Made by a program: the position numbers and the translations under genes. From the NCBI RefSeq assembly GCF_009914755.1, contig NC_060927.1: 64,000 nucleotides of DNA, one strand, 5' to 3'. The stretch's first letter is position 1. Every line of letters begins with the position of its first letter. This DNA comes from the human T2T-CHM13v2.0 reference genome, Homo sapiens. The notes under the pieces were generated by a model. It was not told the DNA's origin, searched no databases, and saw only the letters and a list, made by a program, of their open reading frames with translations. Positions 41,207-55,314 of the stretch are shown one piece after another.

Positions 41207-42639
41207 TTCAGCCTTTGATTGTCCAAGTAATTTTTCTTCCTTCCTTCCCCACCTCCTTTTTAGGACTAACATACAGGTTAAACTGCTTCATAGTGTCCCA
41301 TAAATCTCTGAGGTTATATTTGTGTGTCTGTTTCAATCTTTTTTCTCAGATTGTGTGTGTGCTTCAGATTGGATAGTTTCTATTGCTATGTCTTCACATT
41401 CACTAATCCTTTTTCTGTAGTATCTAATATCCTGTTATACCATACCAATGTAGTAAATTTTTTCATTCCAAATATATTTTTCATCTCTAAAAGTTCCATT
41501 TAGTTCCCTTTTATGCCACTCATTTCTCTCCTGATCATAGTCAAGCTTTCCTTTAAATCCTTGATCACATTTATAATAATGGTTACAAAATATTTTTCTT
41601 CTAATTCCGTCATCTCTGCCATTTCTGAACGTTTTTTCATTGGTAATTTTTTTCCCAGTTACATGTCACATTTTCCAGCTTTTTCATGTAACATAAATTT
41701 TATTTTGATGTCATTCATCATAAACTTTTTGTTGTTGACTGCTGAATTTTGTTGAACTTCACAAAGTATTAGACATTTTTCTGGCAGGCTGGTTAATAGC
41801 TTGCAGATCAGTTTGGTCCTTTTGAGTCTTATTCTTAAGCTCTATTAGGGCAGGCTTGTTAGGCCCTACTGAAAAAGAATTATCCTTTTTGGGATCTCAT
41901 TTCCCTGGCTATTAACAAAGTGTCTCCACTTTGGCTGAACAAAACTCAAACACTTCCAATCCGCGAAAGCTCCAGGAGTGGTTCACCTTTTCAGCTCTCT
42001 GGTTGTTCTTTGCCGGCCTTCTGGAGGTTTACCCAAAGTATGCACAGTTTAATATTCAGCATTCAATAGGCTCAAGGCAATCCTTTTGCAGATTTCCAAA
42101 GTTCCTTGTCTGCATATCTCCCTTCCTCCGGTATTCTACCTGCAAATTCTACTGCCTCATCTCCCTGAATTTCAATTTCTATCTCCTAATCTCAGTGTGA
42201 TCACTGTGCTCTGTTTAGGTTTCCCTTCTGTACATTATGATCAGGAAAGTACATCCAAGCATAAAATTTTTTCTATGCAACAGAAGAAGATATTATTTTT
42301 AAGTGTATACCTCTCCCTATTATGTCATACAAATTTCAGGGCTTATTTTCAAGAACCATGTCTTTTATATGGTATCTGGTTATGTTGTTACTATTTTGAA
42401 ATAAAATACAGGAATTGAATTTATTCAGTGTTTCATCTTTGAATAACCTGAAAATTGTATAGTAATTCCTTATCTTCTCACCCAAACCACTGATATATAA
42501 AATACTATTTAAGACGACAAGATCAAACAAGGTCACTTACTATCTTCCTTTGGGCATACCTATATTTTAGCCATGCTTAACTTTGTATCATTACTCAAAC
42601 AACCTCTTTTAACACCCATCTTCTTGATTCTATTTTTAA

Positions 42640-43130
42640 GAGAATGAGATCTATGGTAAACTGTCTAAGTTCAAATCCTGACCCAACTAGTTTATAAAGC
42701 AAGTTATACTTAAAGCATCTTTGACTTCATATTATCATGTCCATGTAGAAATAATAATATAGTCTACCTCAAAATGATTATGAAGAATAAAAGAAACAAT
42801 ATACAGTCAATGAATGTGAGCTAATGTTATCACTTGCAAACCTTTTCCCTATTTCTTTATATGCAAACCCTATCCGTAATTCCATTTCAGTTAAAATGCC
42901 ATCTCTACAGGAAGGCTTTCCCGGGATCCATGCTGAGAGGATTCTTTCTTAAGATACTCATCACAGGGCATTTATGTGATTTATATTTTTCTTCTTAGCT
43001 TCTATACTAAGCAATTAAGTTCTTGAAAGGAGCTTCCATGTTTTACTCTCTCTTTTTTCAAAAAGATATCCCACAGTGGACAGTAAATTGCTTTGTATTT
43101 AGTAGGCTATTCACAAATACTTGCCTCAGA
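42640..43130 (+). mobile_element. MIR followed by L2 3' end
   Basis: gttcaaatcctgaccc...gcaagttatacttaa; aaatgccatctctacaggaaggctttccc...agtaggctattcacaaatacttg. Confidence 0.6.
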
Positions 43131-43179
43131 AAAGAAAATTAAACATGACTATATGGGGGAAGTTTTTCAAATAACTTAT

Positions 43180-43500
43180 GAATCTCCCTAAATCTACTGC
43201 CATCATTTTATCAAATCCCTTGTTTACACCAAGATACATATGTTTGCAAAATTTTCTTAGCTAACAACCCAGTTAACTTTATCAGAAAAGGAGAAATGAG
43301 ATTAGTATGACATGACTTGTTCTTGGTAAAATAACACCTTGGTTTCTACATGGTCACAAATAATCTATTCAATATTTCAGAATTTTGCAGGAGATAAAGT
43401 TAACTCTGTAGGTTAGAGAATTCACCTTTATTTCATCTTTAATATTTTATATGTTTGCTTGTATCCATTATTTTATATCTTCCGATTCTCCAAATATGAT
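43180..43500 (-). mobile_element. L3/CR1 RT fragment
   Basis: Minus strand encodes KNKSCHTNLIS, matching recalled CR1 RT KNKSCQTNLISF. Confidence 0.75.
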
Positions 43501-43529
43501 CATTTCTGGAAGTTATGATGTTCAGTCAA

Positions 43530-43880
43530 AGAAAGTTTAGACTTTGGAGCAAAAGTCCTTAGGTTTGGATTCCAGTTGTTCTGATAGACAGCAGTGTGGC
43601 TTGAAAAAGATATATTTACTTTCAGTTAACACATCTATAAATGGAGATAATAAAATTTTCTTGGAGCATGGTGATTATTAAATGAGAATAAGTGAAAAGG
43701 TATGACCTACTGCCTACTGCTAAAAACTTTTTATTTGCTTCCTTTTGGTTTCCTCACCTGCAAAATGCAAATAGTCATCCCTGTTTACTTTTCAGGATTC
43801 CCTTAAGGATTCAGTGAATACATACATTGTGATACTTTGAAAAACACACATTATATAAATATGCAAGTTTTTAAAAAAAT
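43530..43880 (+). mobile_element. Two MIR fragments
   Basis: agactttggagc...catctataaatggagataata; gtttcctcacctgcaaaatg. Confidence 0.6.
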
Positions 43881-45699
43881 TATGGTCATTATTATTCTTG
43901 AATAAAAGTTACCAAACTCTGTGGACTTAGATTGTAAATTTGCCAAAATAGTCTCCTATTAACCAATTTATTGATTTCCATTCATTTCTTCTAATTTGAA
44001 GATTATTCTTCTTGGAAAGAAAAATATAGGCAAAATATTTGTTCATCATCTCTGCCTTCTCTGTGTCATCTCTGAAAATTATGTCATATTCTCCCAAGTA
44101 ATGCCTCTATCTATTCAGTCTGAGGTGACTTTTCAAATCTCTTCTAAAAGTTTACGATTTTACAAGAGTAAATTAGAGTGTTCTTGTACACACACACAAG
44201 AGACCAAAAAAAATCAGAACACATTTTCACAAACAGCTGAAACTATTTAATATGGGTATCCTTAAAAACAATAAAATATTATGAACAGTAAAAGTCAATT
44301 ATTTATTTTATGACAGAAATATTTCAGTGTGATTATATCTGAGTATATCTTCAATTTTTTTTGTTCAGGCAGCAAGCATTGGTCCTTTTTACCAACCACT
44401 ACAAATTATGCACCCTAAACATTATGCACTCTATGCTATAAAATGACAATATAAAAATATAATCCAATCTACATTAATTGAACATAAAGTACATTCTGAT
44501 ACTCAGCTTAGACTAACCATAACACAGAATTTGTCATTAAACGTTCAGTTCACACACATACACTCAAAACTGATCCAACAACTCCTATTATGCCAGTTAC
44601 CAGCATTGCCAGCCCCTTTGCCCTTCACTGCCTGGAGAACGTCCATCAGAAACAGGGAAGCAGAGCAAACTGCCACAATGCACCATTGATGTTTGAGCAA
44701 GGCTGCCTAAGCAGCTGCAATAACAGGGCAACTCTTCAAAGTGTCAGCATTGAAACTTACAATTCTCTCTCCCATACACTATCAATGAAAACCTTTATAA
44801 GCTACAATCAATTATAAAATAAATCTTTGAGACAAATCATGTTCTTTCTTCATTTCTTCTCTCCTTCTTTTCCTCCCAAAACCAAATGTCCTTGGTTAAA
44901 AGAAAAATTCAAGGAGAAATATCCCCCCTTTCTATCTTGGTCTCTGCCTCTGCCTCTCTTATGTCTAAAAATTCTCTCAAGGAGGTTTAAGGATATCTGC
45001 TAAACACTTTTGTTTACAAGACAAGTTCTGGGGTTTTTTGTTTGTTTGCTGTTGGGTTTTTATTGTTGGAATGTTTTTATTTTAAAAATTCAAAAGGCAC
45101 TTGATATTTTGAGCACACTCATACTAGATTTTTGGCAAAGCATGTTTTTGATTATTAAAAGACAATCTAAATTCTGAAATGCATGCACCAAATCACATAA
45201 CCTCCATATTTTTGTAAACCACAACAAAAGTGCCTCATATTAGCTACAGATGAATAGCTAATGAGTCAGCAAACAGTTAAAAACATTCCATGAGAATAGA
45301 TGCACTAGCCATGCAAAGTTTTTGAGGGAAAAATATATTAAGTATTTAAAAACTACTTAGAATGAAGGGAAACTATTCTTTCTTTAACAAAGCAACTATG
45401 TTTAATTTGTCTTATGATTATACCTACCAAACCAAATGAAAGTTTATCTGTCTTTTTCTATTTCTCCTTAGCCATCAATAGTTAATGCCTTTTTAAATTT
45501 TGTAACATATATTTAAGGTCTCAGAATTGTAGCAACAACTTTTAGATTCTTCATCATTGTTTTTATCATTCAAACAGCATGCGAAAACCCCTTCAAATAT
45601 AATGTCAAGGTATAACTCTAATTCCTGCAGATAACAAAAATATATACACTTCATCATGAGTTAATCTACTACCTGAACAATCAAAGTCCAAAATACTTG

Positions 45700-46072
45700 G
45701 TATCTGAGTTCAGGGTGCAATAATAATAAATTGCCATAGACTTGGTTAAACAACAGAATTTAACAACAAAAATGTATTTCTCACAGTTCTGAGGGCTGAG
45801 AAGTCTGAGATTAGAATGCCAGCATGACCAGGTTTTGATGAATGCCTTTGTCCTGGTTTGCATATAGTAGTCTTCTCACTGCGTCCTCACATGATGGAGG
45901 GCCAAGAGACAGAGTGGAAGCAAGCTTCTATAAGGGCACTATTCCCATCTTGAGGGCCCCACCTTCATGGCCTAATTACCTACCAAAGGCCCCATGTACA
46001 AATGCCATCACATTAAAGATTAGGTTTTCAATATATGAATTTTGAGGTGACACAAACATTCAGCTCATAGCA
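45700..46072 (-). mobile_element. MLT1A-type MaLR LTR
   Basis: tatttctcacagttctgagggctgagaagtc...tataagggcactattcccat...atgaattttgaggtgacacaaacattcagctcatagca. Confidence 0.85.
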
Positions 46073-46128
46073 TTTAGAAATCTGTAAGAATTTTTAGTTA
46101 TCATTTCTCATTATTGTCAAAGCAACAC

Positions 46129-46161
<33 letters not shown>

Positions 46162-46169
46162 GTTTACCA

Positions 46170-48070
<1,901 letters not shown>

Positions 48071-48599
48071 TCTGCTGTTAAATTTCCTGAAGATGTTAAT
48101 CCTAGAGCTATAATCATGCTATTCACAGGGTCATAAAATCATAGGGCTCTTACTATAAAAAGGTTATCAGAGATCATCCGATTCAACCCTCTTATTTTAT
48201 AAAAGTGAGAAAATGGAAACCCAAAGAGGTTAAGTGGTTTGTGCAAGGTTATTTAAATAGCAATCCATACATTTGGTATTTGACTTGCTTTCATTACCAT
48301 AGTGCCTCCTCAAATAGATATCCCCTTAAAGTAGTGACTCAGAAGACTCCCAGACACATCCTAGGGTTAACACATTTGAATAAGCCAATCTAGCTTTTGG
48401 ATATAAAATGGAGGAGAGCTGTCATTAAAGAAAATCTGGGAAAAAATGTCTCCAAGAATAAATATTTGACTCTGGACATCCTGTTTTCTACTAGTAGAAA
48501 TTCCCTAATCAATACTCTCCCATGAAACTCATTCCCCTTATTCAGCTTCAGCATAACACACTTATCCTAACTTTTACTCTTTCAGGTTACAGAATCACA

Positions 48600-49320
48600 T
48601 CATATTTTCTCAAAGCAAGGTAAATCTGTGTTTGAAATTCAAATGAATCTTTTATATCTTTCCTAAGTTTCTACCCTCAATTCCTTCCTGACCTCTGGCT
48701 GGCCACCAACCTCCTACTCCTAAAATAGTCCTTTTTTTTTTCTGCAAATGGCACCACCCAGGTACTCGAGAAAAACATCTTGAGAGTCATCCTAAACTTC
48801 TCTTTTTCTTTAACAGCATCCAACTTCCACCCCTTCACCGATACAGTACCCAAATCTTATCAATTCTACTTCCTAAAAATCCCTTGAATCCATTCCTCTT
48901 AGGTTCCTCATAGCTTCACAGTCACTGTTTCAGTTCATGCCCTCACTATACTTCACCCTGATTTCCATTAATTGTCTTCTAACAGTCTCACAGACTCTGG
49001 TCTGCTTTCTTCATACCCCTTCTTCCACACTCAATTGCTGAAGTGCTTTTTCTCAATAGAACTAAGAAGTCATTTCCTCACTTAAAACCCTTCAGAGGAT
49101 CCCACCTCATTTCTGACTTCTTAGTATAGCATATATAAGGCACTTCATGATAGGCACCTACTTATCCCTCCATCTTCATCTCCTGTGGCTCTTCACCTTG
49201 CATGTTATGGAACTAGAAATCAGAAAATCAAAAGTCTCCTCTCGGGTTTCTATTCACACTGGATTTTCAACACCAAATGCCAAATGTCCCTTCCCCTGTC
49301 TTCTCCCAAATAAAGGAATC
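48600..49320 (+). mobile_element. L2 fragment (MIR - at ~48130-48310 upstream)
   Basis: aaatggcaccacccagg...gagtcatcctaaacttctc...caattctacttcctaaaaat...cacttaaaacccttcag. Confidence 0.7.
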
Positions 49321-50106
49321 CAACAAAAGAGAGTGAAAAGATTAAAAACCAGTTAAAACCATTTAAAATTATTAAAGTGCTTTTACCATAATATTTTACA
49401 TTTATATTTATAATATTTTATCTTTATCTTTTAGGGATTATAGTCTGTTTAAATATGTTGGTAGTACATTAAATTATTATTCAGAACACTGAAGATGTAA
49501 ATTAAATATGACCATAACAATAATAATTAGACTCTTATCATGTGAAATAATTAAGGAATTAACACATTATTATAGTAAGGGCCAAATCTAAGAAATGTAC
49601 TATACCATACCACCAGACTGCACACTTTTAGTAGACAGGACTGTGTCTTAATCATCTTTACATTCCCTACTATGCCAAATACTATCCCCAACATAATAGA
49701 TGCACAGTGAATTAGTAAATGATTAAATAAAATTAGAAATAATATCACACCCACAAACCCGGGAAGCAATTATTTGCCTACTACTTGATGAGGCCAATAA
49801 TTCAATGATATTTATTATTATAGTTGATCGAGTTAGTCAAATGTCATGAGTGCCTCTTAAAAAATTTATATATATACACACATTTTTCTGCAGATCTTTA
49901 TACGGAACATCAATCTAATCTTTATTTGGGCATATAAATCATTCAATGGATAACACAGTGAAAATTTTCAACATAACAGAAAGACATATGCTATTTGAAA
50001 AATCAGTAAAAAAAAAAAAAAAGATGATTCTATTGTTGGTATTCTTATCTTCAGATTGTCCTCCACAGCACATCCCTCTGATACAGAGAAATAAAAACTT
50101 TCTTAC

Positions 50107-50165
50107 CTAGAACTCTGATCAAGTTACTGCCTTTTATACCACTATAATGATATTCAAACTGGCTT
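50107..50165 (-). other. Candidate 59-nt exon, open in one frame (SQFEYHYSGIKGSNLIRVL)
   Basis: gtttctgttctattttgcttag|AAGCC...TCTAG|gtaaga. Confidence 0.4.
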
Positions 50166-50584
50166 CTAAGCAAAATAGAACAGAAACATTGCACATGCAC
50201 ATGCACTTGAATTGTACACTTCTTCTATCGTATCAACTTCATGTACCATGATATGCTCGCCATTAATATGCACTAAAGCTAACTTGCTAGCCTGCCGCAA
50301 TTTTATTGTTGCAGCAAAACAATAGTGGTGGATTAACCCATCACCTCAAGTTTAGCAATACATCCTGGACCAGTTATAGATATGCATTAATCCACAACTT
50401 AAAATGTAAAATATCAAGGAGCTGGGCCAATCCAGGCATATGAGTCAAGAACACAGCACTTCAAACATATCCAAACTGAAACTGGTTCTTTTCTCTGCCT
50501 AGAAAGGTACTTAACAATGGGTTCTGAATATCATGTTGACTGACAGGTATGTCATATAAAGAAGGAAATCCTCTTAAATCTTAC

Positions 50585-50778
50585 CTCCTTAAAAATATCA
50601 GGTTTAACAGAAGAGTATGATGTGTAGATCCCTACTAGATAGAAGCCTGAATACCTAACCCATTATATAAATAGTATGTATTGTATAGTATATAAAGGCT
50701 GCGATTTTCTGGGCTGCTGCCTACTTTTTATGTTTTACTGTTGTCTTCATGTAAAATAACTGTATGGAAATGGTATAC
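50585..50778 (-). other. Candidate 194-nt exon (stops in all frames)
   Basis: cccattttgtctctttag|GTATAC...AAGGAG|gtaaga. Confidence 0.35.
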
Positions 50779-53700
50779 CTAAAGAGACAAAATGGGTGAA
50801 ATTTAAATCAACCAACTAAAGAATAAACAGTATAGGTTAAAAAGGATACATGTTAACAAAATGATGACACACAGCAGAATAAAGAAAATATATGAAGAAT
50901 ACACATCTGAGGGCAAAAGGCTGAGGACAGTTGAAATTGATAGAATTTGTAATGACTGAAATAAAAGCACAAGAAAGAGTAGAGAAGAAACTTGAATAAT
51001 ATTCATAGATAGGAATGAACTGTGGAAATTCCAATGCCATGATAAGGCACGATATAGAATGATTGTATTTCTTTTATCCAAAAGCTTCACGACAGGTAAA
51101 GATAGACTATAATCTGAAGAACAAATAGACCTAATTTCCATTATAGGCCCCGAAAGTGACCAATAGTGATACTTATAATATTTAAGAAAGCAACTGGGCA
51201 CTTAACTTTAGATTATACCATTTAAATTTTTTTCAACTTGGGAAAATGTTTCAAATTCCACTTTGCTACCTACTTGCTTTATTTTTTAAAAAATTAGAAA
51301 AATGCCATGTAAATCACTGTAGATAGTATTGCATTGCTTGTTTGAAAAAAAAAAAAGTTGACAGTTTGATAGTGCATTCATTCTTATGCCTCCAGCACTG
51401 AATCAACCACTATAACATTCAAACCAAGAGGAAACTTTCAGCAGTCTTGATGCTGTCTCCTACTCTGAAGTGTGAGTCTCTTTTCTACAAAGAGCACATG
51501 CTTAGGGAGGAAAACAGGATATGAAATTACACAAAAATATGTGCCCCAGCATTCAGAAAGAAAGCAGGTAAAAGCTTAATTCTCCTCCAAAAAAAGCAGT
51601 TTCTAAATGTGGATTCATTAATGAAAACTTACAACCTAGCAGTCAGCAGAAGCATTTAGGAATGGAAGGCATACAGTACAATGCCAACTATTAGAATCAG
51701 TGTTCTACTACCACACAACTATTCTAGCTTAGCTAACAGTCTTTTTTGTCACGACTTTTGTTTCTTTTTCCTTTGTTTCCTCTGTTTTCAATCGGGAGAG
51801 AACTGTGTGAAGCTGAGTGTTCGTTTAAGTCAGAAACACGTTGGCTAGATCTAGGTTCAGTGTGGGTGAGTACTGTGTAAGCATTCCACACACCTCCACT
51901 AATATGCCACGAACTCTCCATATCCCAAGCTTTCTGATAGGATTCAGTTGAGACTACACATAGCGCTTTTACTTATGTCACACATGTGATCTCAGGTCTC
52001 AGCACGTACTGACATAGGTAGTTACCATCAAACTTGCTCTTCTCATAAATCCTGAGAAAAAAAGGTAGGTTGGAGGTAGAAAATGGACAGAATGTCTCTG
52101 CTAACCTAAACAGAACTAGTATGTGTTGCTGCTAAAATATTCCAATAGCTGGCAGCAATGATCCATAACATTATATTTGTAATATAAGTATACATAAACA
52201 CTACAACAGATGATCTCAGATTGTCATTGATAATGATGATGGCTAACTTTTTTTAGTATGTTACTTGTACCAAGCATTGCTCTACGTACTATACATCTCA
52301 TTTAATCCTCATATACAAAAAAAAAAAAATATTCTTGGGTAAAGTTATTTTCATTTTCATTTTACACAAAAGGACATTGAGATACAGAAAGAAACTGAAT
52401 AAATTGATTTTAACATATTTAACTTATTTAAAGTTAAAACATGAAATTATTTACTAACCCTTTGATGTAGGACCAATGGCTGTCACTGACTCTTGATCTG
52501 CTATATAAAGTTTCATGTTTTCCTTCTTGCTTAAACTACACCATGATGTATCACCTATGATTTCCTGTTTTGGTTTATTTAAACTCAATGACAGCTTAAA
52601 GGTACTTGGAAAGCAAACTGAATGAGGGATCCTTCCAGCTTTTTACATTTTTTCACCCCTACCTCAGGCAATCTTTCACAGTTGTCTAGCCCACACCTTT
52701 TTAAACTGCAATTTGTTTTAGCAACTCACCTTTAAAAAGTCTTTCCAAAGCACCAACTTAAATTTCATAAAATCAACAACTCTTTATATTTTTGAACTCA
52801 TATTTTATCAGTTTGCATAATTAAATTACAATTGCACATTCATTTGGCATAAACAAATTCAAAAACAAACACAAATGACTGTAGATAAGCATGGCAGCAG
52901 GTAAACAGATGAACAGAAACACACCATTTTTTCAGAGTATTCTGTTGGCCAGAAGCAGGAATAACCTAAGAGGGAGTCTACTGTATACCTACCATTTCCT
53001 AATTATAAACAATACTATTTAATAGGTATATTAGCTTTCTGGAAGAATGGATTTACCATGGAAAAATACAAACAAATTTAGCAGGGAGGTTCACAATGAT
53101 ACCAAAATTCTACACTAGAAAAGTAATACATTCCTTCTTATCTTTCTTTAATTAGAAATTGTAGGAGACTTCTTCACTGACAAAAACTAAGAGCACAAAA
53201 TTCCACCCCAAACTCAATTCAGCATAAGAAGATTCCTACCCAAAGCATAAACATATATACTCACATAAAAAATAAAAAAAACTTTTAAAATTAATAAAGA
53301 AATTAAGGTTTTAAGAAAGAAACTTTCTCCCTACTAGAGAAAACCATCACCTCTTGGTGGGGAAAACTGAATTTAAAGTTCAGGTTCGGGCAGTTACTAC
53401 TTATGTGATGGAGTAAATCAATTCACCTCACTGAGCTATAGTATCCTTTTCTGAAAAAAAAAAGATAATAATAATGGTTCTCTCCTCACAAAACTGTAGT
53501 CAGAATTATATAAAATAAAATATATAAAGACACTCTGCAAACTATCAATCATCTTATACATATAAATTGTTATTACTGGAAATCCTAGCTTATATTTTGG
53601 ACAGAGAATTTCAGAGTCAAGGGAAGTCATTTCACAAATGACAAGGCTGTGATTCAAAAGCCTAAATTACTTTCCTACTTACAGTGGCATGGATGACGGA

Positions 53701-54842
53701 GCAGAAATAGAGAATTCTTGATTAACCAGGAGAAGAATATCATAGGCATGGGTGTGAGATCAACTGGAGATTCAAGGAAGCTAAAGTGCCCAGAATGAAC
53801 TAATGTTGTAATGTAGACTGTGAGCAGAGATAAAATTCCAGAAGCCAAGGAGTGTTGTACGGTAAGTCCTGGCAGTGCCTTTGGTGAGGAGAGTAAAGAA
53901 GAAATAGAAAGATTAGCCAAAAAAAATTTCAACTATACCAAATTAGTATTCCATCCTGCACAGTAAAATTTTGATGCCTTTACAAACTAAACAAAGTAGG
54001 GAATTTAAGATAATTCCCATGTTTATGCTGTTTCTTTCCACTGGTCAGAATAATTAACCATAGGTTAGGAAGTTAAGAAAACAATAGGATAGACGTCAGT
54101 GAAGTTCAAGTGCTTTAATTGGATTCCTTTGGGTACAGTTTGTTTCCCTTTTTCTCTGACCATTAATCCAGCAGAGGAAAGTGATCTAACACAGCACCAT
54201 GACATGAAGGGACGGACCCTGAGAGCCTGTCTCTCTATGATGACTGTTCTTGTGCATCCAGGCAGCCTATTGAAACTAACAATGCCTGCTGCTGCTGCCG
54301 AAGAGGATCATCCAAACTCTGAAAATGAAACACATCACACAAAGGGATGAAAGAATTCTTATTCCACAGGGTTTAGCTTGCAGCTGGTCATGCATGCCAG
54401 AGGGATGTGCCACGAGGATGACAAAGAAGCTTCCAAAGAGAATGGAAGGGGCAGCCAGCCGGACATTTTGAAATACTTAGAAAACTATTCTTTTGAAACT
54501 AAGGCAATAAACTAGACTTCTTTATGGCAGAACTTGAGAAATATCAGGGTTTATTTCTTTTATCTCTGCAATTCACCCACATTTAAACATTCTTGCGAGT
54601 AAAAGAAATTTGAATAATTTCTAATTGGTTATACAGTTTTGAGGGTTTCCCATTCATAAGAGACCATATTATATAATTGATTATTTTTTCCTCCGAGTTG
54701 AAGCTCTATATCACCCCAGAGTTTAAAACTGTATGGAAGAATAGGTATTGGGCTTTTCTGTAATTGATGTAGATACAATGAATAATAAATATGCTTGTTA
54801 TACCAAGTAGCATGCTGGTTAAGATCACAGACTTTGAGGTCT

Positions 54843-55314
54843 CAGTGATGTAACTGACGGAATACTCATTGCATGGCATCAGGTCTCATGGGTTCTAAGG
54901 ATCTCGAATAGCTGTGTCAGGTAAGAGTTTGCCCACAGGAAGTGCTCCAAATAGAATTAAGAGTCATAAGAACCTGCCATACAGCTGCCATTGCTCTTGG
55001 CCCCTCAGTTGGTCACAGCAACGCATAATCCAACTCTTAAGCTGCCTTGGATATCCATGTTTAAAGAGGGTCAAAAGCAGCACCTAAAGTTTTGAAAGAC
55101 AATGCTGCACTGGGGCATCGGCCTTTTCTGATTAAGTTCACTCATTCATAGCAATCTAAAAAGAACACTGGCTCTCCCTCTCTGGCCCTTCTCCACTACT
55201 GTTCCAAAAAGCTCACCTTCCTCTGTTTACAGGATAAACGTGAAAGGCTCTTTTCATTGCCCTTAACAGTACACACAATAGACTTGGCAATCATTTCTAC
55301 CAATTACATCAATG
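54843..55314. mobile_element. Probable hAT (Tip100-like) non-autonomous DNA transposon splitting a MIR
   Basis: Imperfect 14-bp TIRs cagtgatgtaactg / caattacatcaatg; MIR 5' part at ~54812-54842 resumes at ~55320-55510; no clear 8-bp TSD. Confidence 0.55.

Larger units (their letters stand above)
39660..42260 (-). mobile_element. Old L1M (ORF1/5' region), interrupted by THE1C and Alu
   Basis: T-rich antisense L1: cttcctgaagaacctccatt...tatagaattctaggttgac; ttcagattggatagtttctattgctatgtcttca. Confidence 0.75.
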
